Below the pieces are notes generated by a model. That model saw only the letters and a list, made by a program, of their open reading frames with translations. It ran no database searches and had not been told where the DNA came from. A stretch of 62,170 nucleotides of DNA, filler included, from Stramenopiles sp. TOSAG23-3 (taxonomy: Eukaryota), in assembly GCA_900128585.1 (NCBI GenBank). It is 16 parts of 16 records of this genome, joined end to end, with 100 filler letters (N's around TTAATTAATTAA, not from the genome) between each part and the next. Parts side by side here need not be neighbours in the genome. Positions count along the whole stretch, not along the records: positions 54,515 to 58,293 come from LT644078.1; positions 58,394 to 62,170 come from LT644079.1; 14 more parts are not named here. One strand, given 5' to 3'. This document shows, one piece after another, positions 55,036-62,170 of the stretch. The stretch's first letter is position 1, and each line of letters starts with the position of its first letter. The position numbers and the translations under genes were made by a program.

Positions 55036-56076
55036 ATGGACGGCGTGTTGACGGACGCACGGGCAAAGTTTCCGAACGAGGAGCTGCGCGTTGGGAAACG
55101 GGGTAATTCGATACAACGTCGTTCGGGGGACAATTGGTATAAAATCTGCTTGAAGCACGGTTTGAATTACTACAACTGTCGAAAGTGTCGACTGGTAAGA
55201 GGCGCCGATGAGAACATGAGTTTAGAGGATGAGAAAAGCGCAATTAAAAAAACGTTGCAACAAATGAGGGGGCGGTTTCCGGAGTACAACTTAAACGTAT
55301 CAGCGCGCCGTGTCGACGGGGCGCACCGCATTGTGCGAAAGTACGACAACGATGAGAAATACTACCGCGTTTGTCTCAAGCATGGGCGCCTGTTTAAGAA
55401 CTGCCAGGCGTGTTCGTTCCGCTTCGCCGCCAAACCCGCCACCGGCGGAAACAGTACTGACGGGGGGAAATCGTCGTGTCGAAAAACTGTCTTGCGCCGT
55501 CAAGTTCCGAAACACATTCAGCAGACGTTTCGCTACATGAAAGAAGCATTTCCAACGGCTACTTTGCGCATAGGACCATCTGGGCGCGCGATTCAGAAAA
55601 AAAACAAAGGTAGCAACCCCCTTTGGAGCGCTGTATGTGCTGCGCACTGTGTGTCAATGTATAGCTGCCGTCGGTGCGGAAAGAGCAAGGAGTGGCGAGC
55701 GCAGAAACGTCAAGAGATGGAGCCTGTTTTAATAGAAATGCGACGGCGGTTCCCACACTACAACCTACAACTTACGTCTCGAATGGTTGAGGGGAGTTTC
55801 AAAATCGTCAGAATATACAAAGAGGGGGGCAAAGGGTACCGAATCTGTGTACCGCACGGAAGACTATTCAAGCAGTGCACGGGCGTTAATGGCTGCAACC
55901 AACACGCACAGGCCGTGAGAAAGAAACGACATAAAAAGAAGAGAAAGCGAGAAACGCAGCTTCAGAAGTTCAGGGAAAAACGGCGGCTTCCCGGGTTTAC
56001 GTTAAGCGACGGGAGTGATTGTGAGTTTAACGAGTACTCAGATAGCGAGGACACACCAACATACATGGCGCTTTAG
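55036..56076 (+). CDS. Basic protein with four C-x2-H-x6-C-x2-C type repeats (putative Zn-binding nuclear protein)
   Basis: CLKHGLNYYNCRKC, CLKHGRLFKNCQAC, CAAHCVSMYSCRRC, CVPHGRLFKQCTGVNGC; RKKRHKKKRKR NLS-like. Confidence 0.8.
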   Translation: MDGVLTDARAKFPNEELRVGKRGNSIQRRSGDNWYKICLKHGLNYYNCRKCRLVRGADENMSLEDEKSAIKKTLQQMRGRFPEYNLNVSARRVDGAHRIVRKYDNDEKYYRVCLKHGRLFKNCQACSFRFAAKPATGGNSTDGGKSSCRKTVLRRQVPKHIQQTFRYMKEAFPTATLRIGPSGRAIQKKNKGSNPLWSAVCAAHCVSMYSCRRCGKSKEWRAQKRQEMEPVLIEMRRRFPHYNLQLTSRMVEGSFKIVRIYKEGGKGYRICVPHGRLFKQCTGVNGCNQHAQAVRKKRHKKKRKRETQLQKFREKRRLPGFTLSDGSDCEFNEYSDSEDTPTYMAL

Positions 56077-56183
56077 AAATAAACAAAGGGGAATAATAAT
56101 TTGATTTAATATCGGTTTAATTTCTTCTCGGTTGCATTATATATGTTTTTTTATATATGATAAATATTCTGCGCTGGACTGAA

Positions 56184-57572
56184 TCATCGTGAGCTTGCAC
56201 ATATTCCCCAAAAAGTACTGCTCGATGCCGCTGCCTCTTTCTCCTTCTGTTTATTCTGCTTCGCTAAAATGTTGTCTTTGATCCGGGCACTTTTATACGG
56301 GCTAAAGTCTGCAAATGTCCGCAGGGGGTACTTCTGAAGAATGCCTTTCCCGTGCTGCGCGTGACCAAGCATATCCAGGGCAACGGAGTGGAAGAATTCT
56401 TCTACCGACCACGACAATTTCACCGACCGAATGGGGTTCTCCGGAGAACCAAACGAGTGCATTTTGCCGAGAAGGGCAGACCCGTGCACAAACAAAACAT
56501 TCATCTCTGCGCAGTACTTTTCCAAGTCATGGAACTCGTCCGTAGTGGCAAAACTGACAATGTCATGTTTGTTGGAAAACATAACAATTGTACTGTTCTT
56601 GAAGTCGTCCTTTATGATGCCCGCCCTCATTTCATCGACAATGGCCTGTGCATACTTCAGGGAGGCTTCGTGCCTCGCATCAAACATGACCACGTACGCC
56701 CAGAGCTTCTGCTGCACCGGCAAGTACGCCGAATTCACAGCGATGGTGTCAGCGGCTATCTCCGTGCTGGTTCTCTCCGTGGAAGTGCGCGAGGGTGAGG
56801 GCGACCGTCCCCGCCGTGCCGCTGGCGATTGCGACCGTCGCCGGCCGGGGGAAGGAGATCGATCCCGGGTATTTACATTCCTTCTCTCCGCTTCTCTCTG
56901 TTGCTCTTTCTGCCTCGCCTCCTCCTTTGTTTCTGTCGAGAGCAAGTACTTCAAATTGTCAGGTGTCCTTTTTGAAGCCTTAATCTCCTCTTCAGTCAAC
57001 TTGAGGTCGGGAACATCTTTTTCTCGCCTTGTTTCATCGCCAGACGAGGCGTAAGATGAGAGAGGGACCAAGCCATCGAGGGCAGGAATGTCGCGCAATT
57101 GAACCACATAAGAGTACATTAGTTTTTGGTTAAAACCCTTGCTTCTTGTGGAGCGCAGGTCGCTTAATTTTGTGACTTTTTTCCCGTCCCGGTTAGGTGC
57201 CCGCGACGCAGCGATGGCGGCTGTGCTGAAGTCGTCCACCTCTTCCTTGATCGGTTTCAGGACTTTCAAGTTTGCCTTGTTCCCGTGAATAATCGTTTTA
57301 AAGGTTCGTGGGAGCTTGTGAGACCGGGTCTTCTTCCTTAATGTTTCCGTCGCCGCGGAGTGGGAACTTGCTGCTGTGAATTTAACGTTGCCAGTAAACT
57401 GCCCCGCAAGGGTAGTCTTTCCGCACCCTTCATTTCCCAGGAGGGCAATGTGAAAAATTTTAGTGTTCCCCTGCTGCTTGTGATTTACCTTTTTAATGTT
57501 TTTCTTCCTCCGCTTTCTCTCCGCCTTTTTGGCCGCCTCTTCGTCCCCACTGGTGGACACCTCATTCCCCAT
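56184..57572 (-). CDS. Atypical Ras-like small GTPase with large insertions
   Basis: G1 GNEGCGKTT, G3-like LRDIPA, AYVVMFD, G4 NKHD, G5 SAL; MG N-terminus. Confidence 0.7.
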   Translation of the reverse strand: MGNEVSTSGDEEAAKKAERKRRKKNIKKVNHKQQGNTKIFHIALLGNEGCGKTTLAGQFTGNVKFTAASSHSAATETLRKKTRSHKLPRTFKTIIHGNKANLKVLKPIKEEVDDFSTAAIAASRAPNRDGKKVTKLSDLRSTRSKGFNQKLMYSYVVQLRDIPALDGLVPLSSYASSGDETRREKDVPDLKLTEEEIKASKRTPDNLKYLLSTETKEEARQKEQQREAERRNVNTRDRSPSPGRRRSQSPAARRGRSPSPSRTSTERTSTEIAADTIAVNSAYLPVQQKLWAYVVMFDARHEASLKYAQAIVDEMRAGIIKDDFKNSTIVMFSNKHDIVSFATTDEFHDLEKYCAEMNVLFVHGSALLGKMHSFGSPENPIRSVKLSWSVEEFFHSVALDMLGHAQHGKGILQKYPLRTFADFSPYKSARIKDNILAKQNKQKEKEAAASSSTFWGICASSR

Positions 57573-57861
57573 TCCCAAACACCGCCAAACCCCAAACACA
57601 ACAACTAGACCCAACTGCTAGAGAGAAAAAAACTCAACCACCAACGACCGTTTGAGCCGAACCGTTCCAAGGCTTCGAGAAACACCACGGTAGAATATAA
57701 AGTATAGAGAACCTCAAAAGTACTGGAACACAGATCGATACTGTTGGTTTGTCGGACGTAGAATGTCGAACGGATCACTAGCTGTACTACTAGACAAACA
57801 AAACTCAACTCAACCAACCATCATAGTCTCGTCATCTTTCTTAGTCATCAGTCGTCGTCGG

Positions 57862-57942
57862 TCGTCGGTACGCTTCATTGTCCGCCGCTTCAGACTCAGA
57901 CTCGTCGGTACGCTTCACCATCCGCCGCTTCAGACTTCAGAC
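57862..57942 (+). repeat. Two-copy 40-bp tandem duplication
   Basis: TCGTCGGTACGCTTCA-nnn-TCCGCCGCTTCAGACT(T)CAGAC x2. Confidence 0.85.
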
Positions 57943-58209
57943 TCCAGACTTTTGAAGAAAAAACGACGAAGAAAGAAATGAGAAAGAAAAAGAGAATCAG
58001 TTGTTGGAGGATAATTTTAGTATATAATCCAATGTAGTTAAATAAATAGAAGAAAAAATATTCCCTCATTCCAATGCTATGATGATGTATATATTGAAAA
58101 TACATATACATAGCATAGATGGTCTTCATTCTTCCTTTAAATATGTTGTAGTTTAATTATTCCTTTCATTGTGATTATATATATTGTTGTTGTATAATTA
58201 CTAAAAATA

Positions 58210-58293
58210 TTTCTTCTTCTTTCTTCTTCTTTCTTCTTTCTTCTTTCTTCTTTCTTCTTTCTTCTTTCTTCTTCTTTCTTCTTTCTTCTTCTT
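58210..58293 (+). repeat. (TTC/TTTC)n tract at contig end
   Basis: Direct inspection. Confidence 0.9.
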
Positions 58294-58393
58294 NNNNNNN
58301 NNNNNNNNNNNNNNNNNNNNNNNNNNNNNNNNNNNNNTTAATTAATTAANNNNNNNNNNNNNNNNNNNNNNNNNNNNNNNNNNNNNNNNNNNN

Positions 58394-58394
58394 T

Positions 58395-58454
<60 letters not shown>

Positions 58455-58581
58455 TTGACTCTTTCTTTCTTTTGACTCTTTCTTTCTTTCTTTCTTTCTT
58501 TTGACTCTTTCTTTCTTTCTTTTGACTCTTTCTTTCTTTCTTTTGACTCTTTCTTTTGACTCTTTCTTTCTTTCTTTTGAC

Positions 58582-58629
<48 letters not shown>

Positions 58630-58679
58630 TTGACTCTTTCTTTCTTTCTTTTGACTCTTTCTTTTGACTCTTTCTTTCT
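58394..58679 (+). repeat. (TTTC)n satellite punctuated by TTTTGACTC units
   Basis: About 10 TTTTGACTC units inside a TTTC array. Confidence 0.9.
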
Positions 58680-59577
58680 GTCAACTGGAGTCAACAGTCA
58701 ACTGGACTGGACTAAAAAAAGGGGAGTTTAACTGATCGATCATTTTAATTACATTTAGAACCGACGCCACTGTATCTCTTATCTTAAAACTAAGGCTACA
58801 GTGTTATAATATCATAAATAATAATTTTAGAATATGATGGAGTTGAGAAAGTACAAAAGTAGTTTTAATATACTATAATAGGTATATATAGTATATGTAT
58901 TATTATTATATATAATTATTATTATTGTATTCTATTAAATTTTTAGATAGATAAACAGATGCCATTTTTTTATATCTCTTTTATCTTTTATTTACTTTCT
59001 TTCTTTCTTTCTCTCTTTTCTTCTTCTTCTTCTTATCTTCTTCTGTAGAGGCGAAGAGGAGAGAGGAGAGAGGAGGGAGGAGGACGGAGATCGGTTATAA
59101 TTTTATTTATGAATTATAAAATATATAATAATATATAAAAAAGAAGAAGAAGAAGAAGAATAAGCTTAAAATAATAATAAAATAATAATACTGTATGATG
59201 ATGATGTGATGTAATAAATAATAATAATATTATTATTAATTTTATAATTAAGAGAAGAGAAGAAGAAGTCATCATCAAGTTGTTCAATTCTTCTCTCTTA
59301 TCTCATTTTTTTTCTTTCTTTCTTTCTTTCTTTCTTAGCGGTGATTCTCTTCGTTCTAGAAATTGAGGGATGAAGGGATTTAAATTGAATAACCATTAAT
59401 TTATTAGATTGCACAGCCTGTTTACTTTTTTTAAAATAAAAATAATCCGACGGGTTCTGTTGTGAGTCAAACGAGTGATATACAGTATAGGTGCACGAAC
59501 GGTTCTTCCATATAGAAACCACATATAGAATATAGAGCAAGCGGTTCACCTGGGACGAAGACGACGACGACGGGACA

Positions 59578-61747
59578 ATGGAGGGTTACATAGACTATCA
59601 CCGAGCCCCACAGGCTCAGTACAAAACAATAGAACAATACAACGAGCAGTTTGGTGCAGCCATACCGTCGAACGCAAAGTACGACGAGTATTTCAAAGCA
59701 GCATACGACAAGGCCAAGGAAGAGACGGAGGAGGGCGAACTGATCACGGCAGAGTTGTATTCCATAGAAGACGAGCAGAGCTGGCTCCCGGTTGTGGAAC
59801 CCACGGAAAACGACGGCACGCCGTCGTCGGGCGGGAAAGCAGCGGAGGAGGTGCAGGAAGCAGCGGGTGAGGGGGGCGAGGACCCACCCCGTGACGAGTT
59901 CGACGATGAAGAGGCCGAGGGGGGGGGGGGCGTTGGACGAAAACGACGACGAGGGGGAAGAGGACGAGGGGGAAGAGAAAGAGCCGAAAAGCTCTTTGCC
60001 CGGTTCGGAGGAAGAAGGCGCTGGGGACGGCTCTGCCGGCAGCGAGCAGAGCGGCGACGGGATCAGCGAGGCGGACCGCGTCAACGACGATGTGAACGCC
60101 CGCGCGAACGCCCTTCAGCTGCGCGACATGCTCCAAGCGAGCGATTCCGTCCAAAGCATGGGCGGGGAGGACATGATGTCCGAGGTCGACGGCGCAGACG
60201 CAAAGTCGTTGCAGAGCTCGTTGTCTGTCATGATTCAGGAGGCGGAGCGGACGGAGTCCATGGTTGACGAAGTGTACGGCAATTTCCACGACGGCGACGA
60301 CCGCGAGAGCTTGCTGTCGAACTCGAACAGTTTGCAGACCGTTAGCACCACCACGGCCGGGCGGTTGCGCGCGAACCTGAACTCGGGTACCAGGGAAAAC
60401 CCGTCCCTGGCCAACATGGGGGCCACGGGGGGCGACTACGTGGACAATTTTAAATTCAAGGTTCGACTGGAGAAGGCGTACTCGGAGATCGAAGACCTTT
60501 CCAAGCTGCTGCAGCACCGGGACCGAGAGCTGCGCCGCGCCGCAAACACAATTTTAAAGAAGGAAGGGGTGATAACGTCGCTGAGTTCGGAGGCCGATGC
60601 GTTGCGGCAGGAGTCGCAGTTGCTAGAGGAGGCAGCGCGCCGGGCCGAGCGCAACGCAAAGCGCAAGGACAGGCAGCTCAAGCACTACAAGGACCAGCTT
60701 GTGCAGATGGAAGAGGTCAACCGAGAATTGACTCGGCGCGTTGCCGCGCAGCGGAACGAACTGAAAACGTACAACGAAACCATGAAACTAATGGAGCAGT
60801 CTCGACAAGAAGCCGAGGACATGTCCGACGCTGCCTTAAAACAGCTGAGGGCAGCGAACAAACGGATCCAAATGAGCCCGGGGGCCCGCAGCCAGTACTC
60901 GTACCGGCGGGCCGACGGGAAGACACCATCGCGGCTGAACGATTCACAGTTCTCGAAGCGAAACTCCTTACGACAGTCCCGAGGCACCCTTCGCACGATG
61001 GATAAGACTCCCAGCGGGAAAATGCTGCCACGAATCGAGGGCAAGCGTGGGTCAAAATCCCCCAACTTCAAGTTCGACGAGGAGAGCTTTGACGATTTCG
61101 GAAAATGGGACAGTGCCCGTAAGACCCCCCCTCGCCGGAGCGGAATTGACGAACAGCGCTCGAACTCAAAGCCCATCGGAAGCAACCGACGCATTATAGA
61201 CCGGTACTCTAAACGCGACGAGCGCGGCGCCACGGCGGACTACAAGGATCCCGACGACCGCCCATTGAACACGGACGCTTCCCGCCTCGCAGCGGAAAAC
61301 GCAAGCGCCCCGGGCATCTCAGACGCGGACAAGCCGAAAGACCCGATCCAGTTGGCGACGGAAATGAACGAGGCAGCGGTCAAAATGCAAGCAAGCGCCC
61401 GGGGCTTTCTCACCCGCTCGTCGCCACCGAAAGAGCCGACCAAGACGAAGTCCAGTAAGAAGAAGAAGGTGAACGAAGAAAATGAGTTTGGACTGCCGAA
61501 CGAGGAGGACGAAGAAGAAGAAGAGGAGGGGGAAGAAAGCGACAACGAGGAGGAGGAAGAAGAGGGCGGGGAAGAGTTGTCCGAAGTAGAGGAGGAAGAG
61601 AAAGACAACGAAGAAGCTGAAAACGAAGCGTTGTCTGAGGCAGAAGAAGAGGAGGAGCTAGAGGTGGAGGAGGCGGATGAAGACGACGTAGAAGAGGAAG
61701 ACGGCGCAGAAGAGGAAGACGACGAGGAAGAAGGCAGCAAAGCGTAA
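59578..61747 (+). CDS. Coiled-coil / IQ-motif protein with acidic tail, frameshifted at a G12 run
   Basis: ORF 59578 (acidic N-terminus) continues in ORF 59792 after G-run 59919-59930; IQ-like AAVKMQASARGFLTR; Glu-rich C-terminus. Confidence 0.7.
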
Positions 61748-62170
61748 AATTCGGAGCGTTGTCGTCCCCGGCGGCCCAGCATATTTTTACTTTTAGAAAA
61801 AAATTAGAACATTAAAAACAAACCAAAATGCGCAAAACATTTTGAAAATTTTAGAAACTTTAAATTTACACATTTCACTTTTTTAATTAAATTAATAAAT
61901 AAAAAAGCAAGAATAACAGCCGCCACCAATCTTCTTGTTTTAAAAAACAAATTATATCTACGACTCTCATTTTTAATAAATCAAATTTACACGATAATTT
62001 TCTCTGTTTTATTAGTTTTTTTTCTATTTTCAATAAATATTTAAAAAACTATGATATATTTATTAAGCGATAGGAAAAGCATTATCGCGTCTAGCACGGC
62101 AATTGGGTGTAACTGATACACCAATTAAATACGAACACAGACGGAAGCTCAACCTTCTCGACGGTCATGG

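Noticed and set aside
57862..57942. Mini-CRISPR or structured RNA
   Set aside because: Only two adjacent 40-bp copies with no unique spacer; a simple tandem duplication
62066..62126. Two short hairpins near the window end as a possible ncRNA
   Set aside because: No tRNA, snRNA or snoRNA signature recognisable; stems are short and may overlap the end of a minus-strand gene
1..62170. Functional clustering or operon across the window
   Set aside because: Contigs are unrelated and ordered by size, so cross-gap neighbourhood has no meaning

Overview
This is not contiguous DNA. The window holds 16 unrelated contigs of 3806 down to 3777 bp, sorted by length and joined by artificial 100-nt spacers (44 N + TTAATTAATTAA + 44 N). 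The content is eukaryotic and fits a compact, intron-poor protist genome, probably a metagenome or single-cell bin (stramenopile-like is my inference). Moderately GC-rich, mostly intronless genes sit between very AT-rich spacers full of GAA/TTC microsatellites. Recognisable genes include a PDK1-like kinase, a divergent transketolase, a ferlin-like C2 protein, MIC60, a BMT5-like methyltransferase, an ABC1 kinase, ALG10, a SNAPC4-like Myb protein, a diacylglycerol lipase, threonine aldolase, a DUF866 protein, thymidylate kinase, a PRMT, a P1B heavy-metal ATPase, a TMEM242-like protein, MAK16 and AK6. Six observations stand out: (1) a protein built like a PKA regulatory subunit (D/D docking domain, linker, two nucleotide sensors) but with tandem GAF domains and no catalytic domain; (2) a protein with four CxxH-x6-CxxC repeats in A-B-A-B order; (3) a contig with a perfect 79-bp terminal inverted repeat around a convergent gene pair; (4) near-strict strand alternation of neighbouring genes; (5) an AT-rich contig with a MITE-like element, a perfect hairpin and truncated genes; (6) pervasive 12-bp microduplications in the ferlin-like gene. 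I found no rRNA, tRNA, CRISPR array or transposase. All calls come from motif recognition by eye, with no database searches.
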